A stretch of DNA of 64,000 nucleotides from Bacteroidales bacterium (GCA_017501525.1 JAFVWT010000011.1:131037-195036); one strand, 5' to 3'. Counted from the first letter of the stretch, positions 18,746 through 29,248 are shown. The notes: a model not told the origin generated them from the letters alone. Made by a program: numbers and translations.

Positions 18746-19671
18746 TTGAGCTCTACATTTACTTTATGAGCTGCGTATTCTGCGAATTGAGGATTGCTCA
18801 TGATTGCTTTATAGTTTACGCAAGCATTTGCTTTATCACCGGTCGCTTCATATGAACTGGCAAGTTGGTATCTGATTTGGTCTGCGTTCTTTGCATTGGG
18901 TGATGCTGTGATGAATCCTTCAAAATTTTCAATGGCTACTGAATAATTCTTAAGAGCCAAAGCTGCTGTACCTGCAATTTGCATTGCTGTAGGGTTTGCT
19001 GCAATCTCATTTGATTTCTGAGCGTGCTCCAATGCTGTCTGGTAATCTTTGGCTTTAAGTTCGTTGTTTGCCATTGTCAGGTAAAGTTTGGCAAGTTCCT
19101 TGTTTGCGTTTCTGTTGCCAAGTTCGATAGCTTTATTGTATGCATCCATAGCTGTCTGAGCATCTCCCAGACGTGATGCTGCCTGACCTATACGGAGATA
19201 GGCATTGTCATCAGAGGGGTTGATCTCAATAATTTGCTTATATGAATTCAAGGCATTTTGGTAATCCTTGTTTTTCAAATAAATATTTCCTTCTTGCATA
19301 TAAAGTTGGGGTATAAGTGATTCTGCCTCCATAAGCACATCACTTTGACCATACTCCTGAGCTTTTTCAGCAGCCTTTTTGAATGTAGCAATAGCACCGG
19401 GGATGTCGCTGTTATTGGCCTGTTCCTTACCAATTGAGAGGATTATTTGAGGAATGTTTTTTTTGCAATTGTACATTAGTTCTTCAGCTTCCGCACCTAT
19501 TGCTTCCGCCTGTGATAGGGCATCTTCGAAACATTTTAAGGCAGCTTCTTTATCCCCCATATTGAGATAGGTTGCTCCTTCGTTGTACATGTTGGTTGCA
19601 GATTCCAAATCTTGTGCAAAGATTGAAACTGACGCGAGTAGCGCGATAAAAACAATTAAAACTTTTTTCAT
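18736..19671 (-). CDS. tetratricopeptide (TPR) repeat protein, secreted
   Basis: Signal peptide plus repeated A..Y..A...G/N TPR units. Overlaps the U32 start by 10 nt, so the two probably form an operon. Confidence 0.75.
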   Translation of the reverse strand: MKKVLIVFIALLASVSIFAQDLESATNMYNEGATYLNMGDKEAALKCFEDALSQAEAIGAEAEELMYNCKKNIPQIILSIGKEQANNSDIPGAIATFKKAAEKAQEYGQSDVLMEAESLIPQLYMQEGNIYLKNKDYQNALNSYKQIIEINPSDDNAYLRIGQAASRLGDAQTAMDAYNKAIELGNRNANKELAKLYLTMANNELKAKDYQTALEHAQKSNEIAANPTAMQIAGTAALALKNYSVAIENFEGFITASPNAKNADQIRYQLASSYEATGDKANACVNYKAIMSNPQFAEYAAHKVNVELKCQ

Positions 19672-19713
19672 TCTATTTTAAATAATTAGTTGATTTTCAA
19701 AAATGGTATCTCG

Positions 19714-19721
19714 CAAAAGTA
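19714..19721 (-). promoter_or_regulatory. Bacteroidetes -7 promoter box for the TPR-U32 operon
   Basis: Reverse complement reads TACTTTTG, about 42 nt upstream of the ATG at 19671. Confidence 0.4.
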
Positions 19722-19876
19722 TATAAAAATGTTGAAAATTAAAGATTTGCTTAAATATTTTTTCTGATTTTCGGTATTTTAAAAATGACTAATCTTTTGA
19801 TTTTAGGTTTTTTGTGCTGATATTCAATGTTTTAAGAATTTTGGGAAGATTACTTTTCCTATATGTGTTTTCTTGC

Positions 19877-19884
19877 TATCTTTG
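19877..19884 (+). promoter_or_regulatory. Bacteroidetes -7 promoter box for the M16-like gene (near-leaderless)
   Basis: TATCTTTG lies 6 nt before the ATG at 19891. The promoter-start 17-mer is identical to that of sdaA. Confidence 0.5.
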
Positions 19885-19890
19885 CCATCT

Positions 19891-22695
19891 ATGAAGCGGA
19901 CAATTATATTTTTCATAATAGTTTTATTATCGTTAATCCCCGGTTATGGTCAGATGGTGGGATCCCTGGGCAATGACTCCAGAATTATCAAAAATAAAAT
20001 GGAGAACGGCCTTACTTATTATCTTATAAAGAATTCAGCTATCAAAGGTTGTGCCGATTTTGCTCTTATACAGAAAATGGGGATGGCTTTACAGGACTCC
20101 ACCGATTCTCCAATGGTCTATCTGATGAATACGATGTCTCTTACCGATACGAGGAATTTCCCTGATGGTGAGATATTTACATTTATAGACAATATGGGTT
20201 TGGATATTCGGGAAGATTTGTCTGTGGAGATGAATGATAAAAGTATGTCGTTTGTCTGCAGGAATGTTCCATTAAATAAGAATCCTATGATAGTGGATTC
20301 AATGCTTTTGGCTCTGTGCAATATCGCTTCCTGTGTCTCTATTGACGATAACTCGGTCTATCGCGGGAAGGAGTTTCTTAAAAATATCTTTTCTTCTGCT
20401 CAAAATACCCATCGCAGGGTGGAGGATTCTCTCAGACGGGTTCTCTATGCCGGGACTGAATATGCTTACATGCCTGTTGAGCGGCTGTTTGAAATGGTTG
20501 ATGATTACTCGGCGGCAGATCTTGAGGAGTTTTATTTGAAATATTCTCGTCCTGAGCTTCAGGCAATTGTCATTTCGGGAGATATTGATGTGGCAACTGT
20601 AGAGACAAAATTGAAATCATTGTTCCAGACATTGCCCAAGAGCAGGGTGCCTAATGTTGTGGATTATAGACCCATGCCCCCCTTGGCGCAGAAGCGTATT
20701 TTCTATTTTGAGGACAAGGAAGCCACAGTGGCTGAGATCTCTTTCAGGTCATTTACCACTGAACACAACAAGTCTCTCAGAAGTACAGCGGTTCCATACG
20801 TTTACGACTATATGTCAGCAGTTGTGGGGGATATCATTTCCCAGAGGTTGAGCAGAGAGATAGCGAATGCGTCATTTCATCCTTTCTCATTGGATGTTGA
20901 GAGAGAGAGTTATTTGGGCCTCAATTCTTTAACTGTCAATATAGCGTGTGCTCCCAACGACTATCCCGAGGCTTATGCCTTCGTTGCCTCGCAGCTGAGC
21001 AGATTAGTCAGGGATGGTGCTTATATTCAAGAGTATCAAAGGGCTCATCAGAGGTATATCCGTCACCTGGAGTATTTGTACAACAAACGGAACATGATGG
21101 ATAATAGCTATTATATGTCGTTGTGTCTCAATAATTTTGTCTCTGGGTACAATATGAACAGCATCGAACTCTACAAGAGTTATATAGATGTAGTCAGGGA
21201 GAGGGTATCCAAAGAGGATATAGACAGATTTATGAAATTGCTTCTCAAAGATGAACGGAATTCCTTGCTGACATGTATTTCCCCTGTGATTACGGACTCT
21301 CTGGAGGAGGTACAAGTTCCGGAATTGCCACCATTTGAGGTTGATTCACTAAGTGGTTTCTATCATCCTCCGGTAAAGAAGACTCCCCGATGGAAAGAGG
21401 AGCTCAAGGAGATGCTTTCAATCGAGAATCCCAAAGAGGTCTTTTCAAGAAGACTTGGAAATGGAATTTTGCTGGCGAGTAAATATATGTCCCAGAAGCC
21501 GGGTTGGGTGGAATTTGAGGCTGTTTCAAGAGGTGGAATATCTCTCTCGGAGGATAATCATGAAGTTTTGGGAAAATATCTTAATGATGTAGCGCGATTG
21601 ACTGTGACAGGAGGGTATGACGCTTACGAAATGGATGAGATTCAGAGAGGTTCATTCCTTACTCTGAGACGTGAAATATCATTGGGGGAGACCAAGTTGG
21701 TAGGACGTTTCCATAAGGATTATCTGGATGATTTTATGAAGCTGTTATCCCTGTACTTTGAGCAGGTGACTCCCGATGCTGATGCTTTTGAGAAGTATCT
21801 TCAGGCTCAGTGTGCAGTGGAAGAATACGCAAATAATTCCCCAATGGAACGTTTCAACAGAGCCATTTCTTCAAATATAATAACCGGAAATGGGACTTCC
21901 CGTTCGGATAGCGCCTTTTCTGTGGCAGATTTGGATTATTATTCTCTCCTGAATTTTATAAATGACCTCTATTCCAATCCTGCAGACTTCTCCTTTATTT
22001 TTGTAGGAGATATCTCTCAATCTGATTTGTTGAAAAGTGCCCGGGAATACTTGGGAACTCTTCCGACAGAGAAAATAATAAGGAGGCGAAATGAGAGTTA
22101 CAATATCTCTGTAGCTTCATATAATATGGTAGAGGAGGAGGTAATGGAAATGGAGTTTCCCCGTACGATGTATAGTTGTAAACTGACATTTCCTTATGCA
22201 ATGAAAGTTGAAGACAGGGCTCTTGCTGAGGTTGTTTCTAAAATTATTCAAAGGAGGGTAACTCGTGAGTTCTCCATGGATGGTATAATCGTCAACTCAA
22301 GCAGCAAGTTTTACCGATATCCGAAAGAGGTGGTGATGCTTGACTTTACATTCTCGACTTACCAATATCTTGACTCAAAAACTGTGGAAGACCGTTTTGC
22401 CAATATAATAATCTCTCTTGCACAGACTGGTGTAAGCGCAAATGAGATAGAGTCAGTCAAAAAATTATTGTTGCTCAGGACAACCTATGAGCAGCAAAAC
22501 AGTTTTGAATATTGGAAAACGATGCTCAGATACAGGTTTGTAACCCAAAGGGACTTCTATTCGAGAATGGAGGATGCTATCAAACAAGTAGATGGGCAAA
22601 GGGTTGAACAACTTTTACAGGAAATTACCGGTACCGGAAATATAACATTACACTCTGTTTTTGCTGAAGAATATGGAACAAATGATAATAATTGA
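19891..22695 (+). CDS. M16 (pitrilysin/insulinase) family protein, apparently non-catalytic
   Basis: Signal peptide and an M16-like N-domain (NGLTYYLIKN...). The position of the HxxEH zinc motif reads VYLMNTM. About 934 aa, with a duplicated M16 architecture. Confidence 0.75.
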   Translation: MKRTIIFFIIVLLSLIPGYGQMVGSLGNDSRIIKNKMENGLTYYLIKNSAIKGCADFALIQKMGMALQDSTDSPMVYLMNTMSLTDTRNFPDGEIFTFIDNMGLDIREDLSVEMNDKSMSFVCRNVPLNKNPMIVDSMLLALCNIASCVSIDDNSVYRGKEFLKNIFSSAQNTHRRVEDSLRRVLYAGTEYAYMPVERLFEMVDDYSAADLEEFYLKYSRPELQAIVISGDIDVATVETKLKSLFQTLPKSRVPNVVDYRPMPPLAQKRIFYFEDKEATVAEISFRSFTTEHNKSLRSTAVPYVYDYMSAVVGDIISQRLSREIANASFHPFSLDVERESYLGLNSLTVNIACAPNDYPEAYAFVASQLSRLVRDGAYIQEYQRAHQRYIRHLEYLYNKRNMMDNSYYMSLCLNNFVSGYNMNSIELYKSYIDVVRERVSKEDIDRFMKLLLKDERNSLLTCISPVITDSLEEVQVPELPPFEVDSLSGFYHPPVKKTPRWKEELKEMLSIENPKEVFSRRLGNGILLASKYMSQKPGWVEFEAVSRGGISLSEDNHEVLGKYLNDVARLTVTGGYDAYEMDEIQRGSFLTLRREISLGETKLVGRFHKDYLDDFMKLLSLYFEQVTPDADAFEKYLQAQCAVEEYANNSPMERFNRAISSNIITGNGTSRSDSAFSVADLDYYSLLNFINDLYSNPADFSFIFVGDISQSDLLKSAREYLGTLPTEKIIRRRNESYNISVASYNMVEEEVMEMEFPRTMYSCKLTFPYAMKVEDRALAEVVSKIIQRRVTREFSMDGIIVNSSSKFYRYPKEVVMLDFTFSTYQYLDSKTVEDRFANIIISLAQTGVSANEIESVKKLLLLRTTYEQQNSFEYWKTMLRYRFVTQRDFYSRMEDAIKQVDGQRVEQLLQEITGTGNITLHSVFAEEYGTNDNN

Positions 22696-23263
22696 TGATA
22701 TAATCGTTTCTCCCGACATTTTGACTGAAAAGTTTGCCTGTGATTATGAAAAATGTGGTGGAGTATGCTGTGTGATAGGAGACAGCGGGGCTCCGATGTT
22801 GGAGGAAGAAGCACAAAGGATTGAGGAAAACTACGATAAGTTTTCAGGCTTGATGCCTTTAGCAGGGAGAGAAAAGGTCTCTCAGGTAGGTTTTTTTGAA
22901 ATTGACGGGGACGGGGATTGTGTGACTCCGTTGGTAAAAGATGGGGAGGAGTGTGTTTATTGTAACTTTGAGGAAAATGGGGCTTGCTTTTGCGCTATAG
23001 AGCGTTCATATTGTCGTGGGGGATCCGACTTTATAAAGCCAATATCTTGCCGTTTATATCCGATTAGAGTAACACAACTTTCAAGCGGTATGACCGCCCT
23101 CAATCTTCACCGATGGGATATATGCAAGGATGCCTTTGCTAAAGGGAAGAAAGAGGGAATACCGGTATTCAGATTTTTGGAAAAGCCAATAAAGGATGCT
23201 TTCGGAGAGGACTTTTATGAAGCTCTCGAAACTGCATATCAGGAATTGGTGGTAAAGAAGTAG
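22673..23263 (+). CDS. DUF3109 family protein
   Basis: The N-terminus IIIDDIIVSPDILTEKFACDYEKCGGVCC and further Cys clusters are typical of DUF3109. The start choice (22673 or 22682) is uncertain. Confidence 0.65.
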   Translation: MEQMIIIDDIIVSPDILTEKFACDYEKCGGVCCVIGDSGAPMLEEEAQRIEENYDKFSGLMPLAGREKVSQVGFFEIDGDGDCVTPLVKDGEECVYCNFEENGACFCAIERSYCRGGSDFIKPISCRLYPIRVTQLSSGMTALNLHRWDICKDAFAKGKKEGIPVFRFLEKPIKDAFGEDFYEALETAYQELVVKK

Positions 23264-23272
23264 CTGTCAGGG

Positions 23273-23485
23273 CTATTCAATGGGTTTTGCCTGAAGAATC
23301 TTCACTGCTTGTTCATATTGGCTGTCCTCAACAACCAACTCGATTGAAATTAAGTCTGTGTTTACTGCTCCTGTTGTGAAAATTAGATTTTCATTGAGGA
23401 TGAATGCTTCAATTCCCGCTTCTGCGAGTACCCCTTTTGCGATATTTGCAGAAAAGGAGTTGTTGTATTTTTCAACTGTTTTCAT
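23273..23485 (-). CDS. small DUF2007-like (putative signal-transducing) protein
   Basis: 70 aa. An A..A...L..AGIEAFI pattern resembling DUF2007. Confidence 0.45.
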   Translation of the reverse strand: MKTVEKYNNSFSANIAKGVLAEAGIEAFILNENLIFTTGAVNTDLISIELVVEDSQYEQAVKILQAKPIE

Positions 23486-23518
23486 GACTATATGTTTAGG
23501 GAAGTTTCTTGGTTCCCT

Positions 23519-24001
23519 TTATTTTTTTGTTACATAAACTATGCCTGAAGCGAGTCTTATAATCTCTTTTCTTGCACCACTAAGTATAAGGGGTGCTTCC
23601 CCTTTTGTGATTGTTACTTCATCTTCAAACAGTCTCATCATCCGGGTAAATCCGCTGTTTTGCCTGAAATATACTTTTTCCTCATCTTCTTTCACGCATA
23701 CGTAGTTTGCATTTTCAAAGACACCTATAATCTGGTTTCTATTTTCTTCAAATGTACCTTCTATTAGTACCTCTTTTTTTACATATGTGAGACCGGGATA
23801 AATCAATGACAGCGCACCAAAAAGTGCCAGAATCTGTGGCCAGGAACCTTCTTTGAATACTCCTCCTTCATTTTTGAATATCATATCGAATGAGTATTCT
23901 GGAGTGATTAGCACAATAAGGCTGACAATGAGCAACATGACAATTATAAAAAAGATGAAAGACTTTACGATTCTGATTAAGTATTTTACTGTTGGATTCA
24001 T
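23519..24001 (-). CDS. hypothetical membrane protein
   Basis: Two predicted TM helices followed by a soluble C-terminal domain of about 90 aa. No family recognised. Confidence 0.5.
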   Translation of the reverse strand: MNPTVKYLIRIVKSFIFFIIVMLLIVSLIVLITPEYSFDMIFKNEGGVFKEGSWPQILALFGALSLIYPGLTYVKKEVLIEGTFEENRNQIIGVFENANYVCVKEDEEKVYFRQNSGFTRMMRLFEDEVTITKGEAPLILSGARKEIIRLASGIVYVTKK

Positions 24002-24083
24002 GCTAATATTAATTTAGTTTGGACAAAAATAGAAAATCTTTATTATTTTTACCACTTTAAATTAATTTTTAAGAATTGATAAT

Positions 24084-24950
24084 ATGGACAATATTAAGAA
24101 ACTTAAAGCGATTATAGCAGGTTTGGCTTCTATAGCTGTGATTTTGGCAATTGTATTTTTCTTTGTCTGGAGAGACAGACAAGCGATGATAGAAGACTTG
24201 ACAATAGATAAGGAAGCTCTTACAGAGGAACTCGTATCACTGCAAGGAGAATATTCGGTGCTGTCGTCAGATAATGACAGTCTGAATCTCCAGCTTGACC
24301 GCGAGAGAGAAAAGGTGGATCAGCTTCTTGAGAGGATTCAAAAGACAGAGGCATCTAATCGTTCAAAAATAAGACAATACGAAAAGGAATTGGGTACACT
24401 CCGCTCAATCATGAAACATTATATTGTTCAGATTGACTCTTTGAATACTTTGAATACAGAGTTGAGGAAAGATGCAGCAGATGCTCGTCGTATTGCAAAA
24501 GAATCTGCAGAGAAATATGCACAATTGAGTAAAACAACCGATGAGTATGCCAAATTGGTGGAAAAAGGTTCGGAAGTTAAAGGTCGTGGTGTAAATGTCG
24601 TGGCAATCAACAAGTCAAATAAGGAGACTGATAGGAGCAGTAGGGTTGTCAAGTTGAAAACCTGTCTGTCTCTTGTGGAAAACTCCATTGCACAGAAAGG
24701 GCCAATGGTGGTGTATATCAGAGTAAAGGGACCGGATGGAATATTGATGACCAATGATCAGCAGAGACTCTTTACAAGTGCATCTGAACAAATGGTTTAT
24801 ACTGAGTCCAGAGAGGTTGACTATCAAGGAGTGGAGGTCGAAGTATGTGTATATTTTGCAGCCGAGCAAGGTTTTACAAAAGGGCTTTATACTGTTGAAG
24901 CATATACTGCTGCAGGTCTGCTCGGTACAGGTGAGATATTGTTGAAATAG
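24084..24950 (+). CDS. hypothetical membrane-anchored coiled-coil protein
   Basis: N-terminal TM helix, a long heptad-rich segment and a beta-rich C-terminal domain. No family recognised. Confidence 0.5.
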   Translation: MDNIKKLKAIIAGLASIAVILAIVFFFVWRDRQAMIEDLTIDKEALTEELVSLQGEYSVLSSDNDSLNLQLDREREKVDQLLERIQKTEASNRSKIRQYEKELGTLRSIMKHYIVQIDSLNTLNTELRKDAADARRIAKESAEKYAQLSKTTDEYAKLVEKGSEVKGRGVNVVAINKSNKETDRSSRVVKLKTCLSLVENSIAQKGPMVVYIRVKGPDGILMTNDQQRLFTSASEQMVYTESREVDYQGVEVEVCVYFAAEQGFTKGLYTVEAYTAAGLLGTGEILLK

Positions 24951-24951
24951 T

Positions 24952-26067
24952 ATGATCTATATCCATTTCCCCTTTTGCAGTTCTTTTTGTTGTTACTGTG
25001 ATTTTTTCTCAGTAACGGCGCAGGGGAAGATGGAGTTATATAAAGATGCTCTTCTTCGGGAAATTGATTCGAGGAAGGGCTTTTTTTCTGAGCAGCAATT
25101 TATCTCTGCTCCCAATACACTCTATATCGGTGGAGGAACTCCCTCTTTGGCTCATATAGGTTTGTGGCGCGAAGTCTCAGATAAATTATCAGCTTTATTC
25201 CCATTTGAGGAATTTACTGTAGAGGTAAATCCTGACGATGTTACACCGGAGTACGCAAGAGGTCTCAGGTCTATTGGGGTAGACCGTATCAGTATGGGGG
25301 TGCAGTCTTTTAATGATGACCACTTGCGCTGGATGAATCGCAGGCATACTGCACAGGAGGCTATCGGAGCATTTGATATATTACGCAGTGCAGGTTTTGA
25401 AAATATCTCCCTGGATTTGATTTTTGGATATAATCCTCATTTCGGCAAGAATCTTCGGGTGGATTATCCCTCTCTCTGGGAAGTGTGGAAGCAAGATATT
25501 AGAACTATCCTGAAGTTGGCTCCCGAACATATCTCAGCTTATCAGATGGGGATTGAAGAAGATGCATTGCTCGGGAAGAAAGATTTGCAAGGAGAATATA
25601 CGGGGCCTGAGGATGATTTTTGTGCCAGGGAATATGAATATCTTCAGGAGCAGATGGACAGAGGTGGCTATTTACAATATGAGATTTCCAATTTTTCTTT
25701 AAAAGGTAAGGAGTCGGTTCACAATAGTGCATATTGGAAAAGGGTTCCATATCTTGGATTTGGTCCCGGGGCACATTCCTTCTATGAGAATATCAGACGA
25801 TGGAATCATCCCGATTTAGGTCTGTATTTAAAAGGTGTTGATTATTTTGAGGAGGAAAGCCTCACACGAGAGGATGTTTTTATTGAAAAAGTTTTTTTAG
25901 GATTGCGTAGTGCCGGTGGATTATCTGTTGATTCGGGGATGGAATTAAATAGAGTAGCTTTGGAGAAATTTCTTTCGGAGGGAGTTTTAATTCGCAGGGG
26001 TGATTTCCTTTATCTTTCACCACAAAAGTATTTTATATCTGATTCCATCATTAGAGAGCTTATCTGA
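24952..26067 (+). CDS. hemW: radical SAM family heme chaperone HemW (HemN-like, oxygen-independent coproporphyrinogen oxidase family)
   Basis: IHFPFCSSFCCYCDF carries the CxxxCxxC radical SAM motif. A HemN_C-like C-terminus. 371 aa. Confidence 0.85.
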   Translation: MIYIHFPFCSSFCCYCDFFSVTAQGKMELYKDALLREIDSRKGFFSEQQFISAPNTLYIGGGTPSLAHIGLWREVSDKLSALFPFEEFTVEVNPDDVTPEYARGLRSIGVDRISMGVQSFNDDHLRWMNRRHTAQEAIGAFDILRSAGFENISLDLIFGYNPHFGKNLRVDYPSLWEVWKQDIRTILKLAPEHISAYQMGIEEDALLGKKDLQGEYTGPEDDFCAREYEYLQEQMDRGGYLQYEISNFSLKGKESVHNSAYWKRVPYLGFGPGAHSFYENIRRWNHPDLGLYLKGVDYFEEESLTREDVFIEKVFLGLRSAGGLSVDSGMELNRVALEKFLSEGVLIRRGDFLYLSPQKYFISDSIIRELI

Positions 26068-26167
26068 TTTCGCGGCAACATTTTTGTGGTGGCTTTCTGT
26101 AGATACCCTATAAATTCTCCATTGGAAGTTTATAGGAATATCCTTATAAATTAAAACATATACGATT

Positions 26168-26701
26168 ATGAAACAGTTAATAATGATTATGTGCCTGTTG
26201 TGTGGCACTATAGCTCTTAGAGCAGGCGAAAAGCAGGATTCTGAAGTAGATAATTCTGCAGTTGAGGAATTTGACATAGAACGCTACATGGGGCGTTGGT
26301 ATGAGATAGCCAGATTTGATCATTTTTTTGAGAGAGGCCTTGTGGGTTGTGTTGCCGAGTATTCCATAAGGGAAGATGGTCTGATTAAGGTAGTCAATAC
26401 CGGCTACAAACGTTCCTTTGACGGAAAATTTAAAGAGTCTGAAGGGAAGGCCCGACGCCCGGACCCTTCTCGTCCAGGAGAATTGGAAGTGGCTTTTTTC
26501 CTGAATTTTTATGCAGGATATTATATTCTGGAACTTGCTCCTGATTATAGTTATGTCCTGGTGGGTAGCGACAATGATGATTATTTGTGGATAATGAGCA
26601 GGACTCCTAAAATGAAAAAGGAGGATCTTGAATTTCTTTTGGAGAGGGCTCGTCAGCGTGGTTATGATACCTCAAAACTTATAATGGTAGAACAGAAATA
26701 G
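26168..26701 (+). CDS. blc: bacterial lipocalin (Blc-like)
   Basis: The GRWYEIARF lipocalin motif, a signal peptide and 177 aa. Confidence 0.8.
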   Translation: MKQLIMIMCLLCGTIALRAGEKQDSEVDNSAVEEFDIERYMGRWYEIARFDHFFERGLVGCVAEYSIREDGLIKVVNTGYKRSFDGKFKESEGKARRPDPSRPGELEVAFFLNFYAGYYILELAPDYSYVLVGSDNDDYLWIMSRTPKMKKEDLEFLLERARQRGYDTSKLIMVEQK

Positions 26702-26733
26702 TAGTTATCTGCTGAATTCTCATCCCTTTTTCT

Positions 26734-26741
26734 TATCTTTG
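26734..26741 (+). promoter_or_regulatory. possible -7 promoter box upstream of pyrH
   Basis: TATCTTTG lies about 98 nt upstream of the pyrH ATG, which implies a long leader. Confidence 0.3.
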
Positions 26742-26839
26742 TCCGAATGATGTGGTATATATAGGTATTACCCATAATAAATTGAGAGAATTTTAAATGT
26801 GGATTTTGCAGAAGTCCCAATAAATAGTTTCTTATTAGG

Positions 26840-27544
26840 ATGAAATATAAAAGAGTATTGCTCAAACTCAGCGGAGAGAGTTTGGGAGGCCCTCAAGGAA
26901 AAGGGATTGATGAGTCGATGTTGGCGCAATATGCCAGTGAGATAGCACAAGTTGTTCGTAAGGGTGTACAGGTGGCAATTGTTGTCGGTGGAGGAAATAT
27001 ATTTAGAGGTCTTTCCGGAGTCGGTAAAGGATTTGACAGAGTTAAAGGAGATCAGATGGGGATGTTGGCTACTGTGATAAACAGTATAGGCTTGTCAATG
27101 GCAATAAAAAGTGCGGGAGTGGATGCGAAGGTGTTTACTTCCACCCCAATGGAACCCATAGCTGAATATTATGTCAGGGATAATGCGGTAAGATCGATGG
27201 AAAATGGTGCAGTTGCAATAATTGCCGGAGGTACCGGAAATCCTTTCTTTACAACTGACTCTGCATCTGCTTTGAGAGCCTGTGAGATAGGTGCGGATGC
27301 TTTACTCAAAGGGACCCGTGTGGATGGGGTCTATACTGCAGATCCCGAAAAGGACCCTTCTGCGGTGAAATACGATACTCTTACATTTGAAAAGGCTCTT
27401 GCTGACGGTTTGAAAATCATGGACAGTACCGCATTTGCTCTGTGTAAGGACAACACAATGAAAATAATAGTCTTTGATATGAACAAGCAGGGTAATCTTG
27501 CTAAACTCATTGATGGAGAGACAATAGGAACAGTTGTAGAATAA
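26840..27544 (+). CDS. pyrH: UMP kinase
   Basis: YKRVLLKLSGESLGG and VVGGGNIFRG motifs. 234 aa. Confidence 0.95.
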   Translation: MKYKRVLLKLSGESLGGPQGKGIDESMLAQYASEIAQVVRKGVQVAIVVGGGNIFRGLSGVGKGFDRVKGDQMGMLATVINSIGLSMAIKSAGVDAKVFTSTPMEPIAEYYVRDNAVRSMENGAVAIIAGGTGNPFFTTDSASALRACEIGADALLKGTRVDGVYTADPEKDPSAVKYDTLTFEKALADGLKIMDSTAFALCKDNTMKIIVFDMNKQGNLAKLIDGETIGTVVE

Positions 27545-27570
27545 TAATCAATAATCTAAAACATACAATT

Positions 27571-28134
27571 ATGGTAGATAACTCTAAAGAAATTATCTCT
27601 GCTGCAATAGCAAAAATGAGCGATGCTGTGGCATACCTTGAAGAAGATTTGAAATCGTACAGAGCAGGAAAGGCCAATCCGGCTGTGTTTAATAATGTGA
27701 TGGTCAATTACTATGGTAATCCTACTCCCATACCTCAAGTAGCATCTGTAAACGTGCCGGATGCCCGTACCATGCTTATTCAACCTTGGGAGAAGAGTAT
27801 GATTCCTCATATTGAGAAGGCAATTATAGATGCAAATCTCGGTTTTACTCCTCAAAATAATGGAGAACATATCAGAATCAATGTTCCACCTTTGACAGAA
27901 GATCGCCGTAAGGAATTGGTTAAGAAGGCAAAAGGTGCAGGAGAATCTGCGAAAATCTCAATACGTAATGCCCGTCGTGATGCAAATGATCTTTTGAAGA
28001 AAGCCCAAAAAGATGGTCTTCCTGAGGATGTTGCAAAAGATGCAGAAAATGAAATCCAAAAGGAAGTTGATAACTTCAATAAAAAAGTTGACACAATCTT
28101 GGCAGCTAAAGAAAAAGAAATTCTTACTGTCTGA
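27571..28134 (+). CDS. frr: ribosome recycling factor
   Basis: 187 aa, RRF-like throughout (RAGKANPAVF..., IRNARRDAN). Confidence 0.95.
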   Translation: MVDNSKEIISAAIAKMSDAVAYLEEDLKSYRAGKANPAVFNNVMVNYYGNPTPIPQVASVNVPDARTMLIQPWEKSMIPHIEKAIIDANLGFTPQNNGEHIRINVPPLTEDRRKELVKKAKGAGESAKISIRNARRDANDLLKKAQKDGLPEDVAKDAENEIQKEVDNFNKKVDTILAAKEKEILTV

Positions 28135-29197
28135 TTTGTCTCTCCATAGATTCTTCGTGGATAAGATTGAAAATTTTCTCGACAAAATTTTTGTCGAGAT
28201 TATTTTTTTCTGCGCATTTCCCAATTTTTGACAAAACTGTGTTCCATCTGTCTGCTTGCAGTACAGAGATATTTTCCTTTGCTTTTAATCTGCCAATTGA
28301 CTCGACTAGTTCCATCCTGTGAGCGAGTGTTTCGATAAGTGTCTGATCTACAATGTCAATAGATGCACGTATCTGTGCAATGGACTCCTCTGAACTTTGG
28401 CTGAAACCCATATCTTTGCGGATAGATATGCTATCCATTAGATGTTTAAACTCTTCGGGAGTGATTTGTTGTCGAGCATCACTTAGTGCTTTTTCAGGGC
28501 AGGGGTGAACTTCTATCATCAATCCGTCAAATCCTAAAGCAAGTGCCTCTGAGGAGACTTCTTCCACTTTGGTCCGTTCTCCTGTGATGTGGCTGGGATC
28601 GCAGATAATGGGAATATCGGGGCGTCTTCGTTTAATCTCTACAGGAATTTGCCATAGCGGGGGATTACGATATATGCTCTTTTGATAACAGAAGAAACCT
28701 CTGTGTATTGCGCAAATGTTGTCGATATCGGCATTGGATAATCTTTCTATCGCTCCAAGCCATAATTCGATGTCAGGATTGAGAGGATTTTTCACCATTA
28801 CCGAAACTTTGCAACCTTTCAGGGCTTCTGCTATTTCAGTAACCAGGAAGGGATTTCCTGTTGTTCTGGCTCCAATCCAGAATATATCTATTCCCGCTTT
28901 GAGAGCCAGTTCGGTATGTTTTGCATTTGCAACCTCAGTAGCACATGGGATGCCGGCAGTTATGGAGGCCTCCTTGAGCCATTGTAGACCTATCTGACCC
29001 ACTCCCTCAAAACTGTCAGGGTGGGTGCGGGGTTTCCATATACCTCCCCTTAGAATATCTGCACCATAGCTTTTCAGAGAAATGGCTATCTGTGTTATTT
29101 GCTCGGCAGATTCCACACTGCAGGGCCCCGCTATCCATAGCGGTTTGTTCCTCGTAAAAATGGAAGAAATACTATCCTTTATTAAAAAATTACCCAT
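28124..29197 (-). CDS. bifunctional 3-deoxy-7-phosphoheptulonate (DAHP) synthase / chorismate mutase type II
   Basis: N-terminal type I-beta DAHP/KDO8P synthase-like barrel (AGPCSVES, ICDPSH). C-terminal CM_2 helical domain (IDIVDQTLIETLAHRMELV). Confidence 0.8.
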   Translation of the reverse strand: MGNFLIKDSISSIFTRNKPLWIAGPCSVESAEQITQIAISLKSYGADILRGGIWKPRTHPDSFEGVGQIGLQWLKEASITAGIPCATEVANAKHTELALKAGIDIFWIGARTTGNPFLVTEIAEALKGCKVSVMVKNPLNPDIELWLGAIERLSNADIDNICAIHRGFFCYQKSIYRNPPLWQIPVEIKRRRPDIPIICDPSHITGERTKVEEVSSEALALGFDGLMIEVHPCPEKALSDARQQITPEEFKHLMDSISIRKDMGFSQSSEESIAQIRASIDIVDQTLIETLAHRMELVESIGRLKAKENISVLQADRWNTVLSKIGKCAEKNNLDKNFVEKIFNLIHEESMERQIRQ

Positions 29198-29208
29198 AAA
29201 CTTCTCAA

Positions 29209-29216
29209 CAAAAGTA
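29209..29216 (-). promoter_or_regulatory. Bacteroidetes -7 promoter box for the DAHP synthase gene
   Basis: Reverse complement reads TACTTTTG, 11 nt upstream of the ATG at 29197. Confidence 0.4.
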
Positions 29217-29248
29217 TTTAAAGATTATGAAAATTACAAGCAAGGAGT

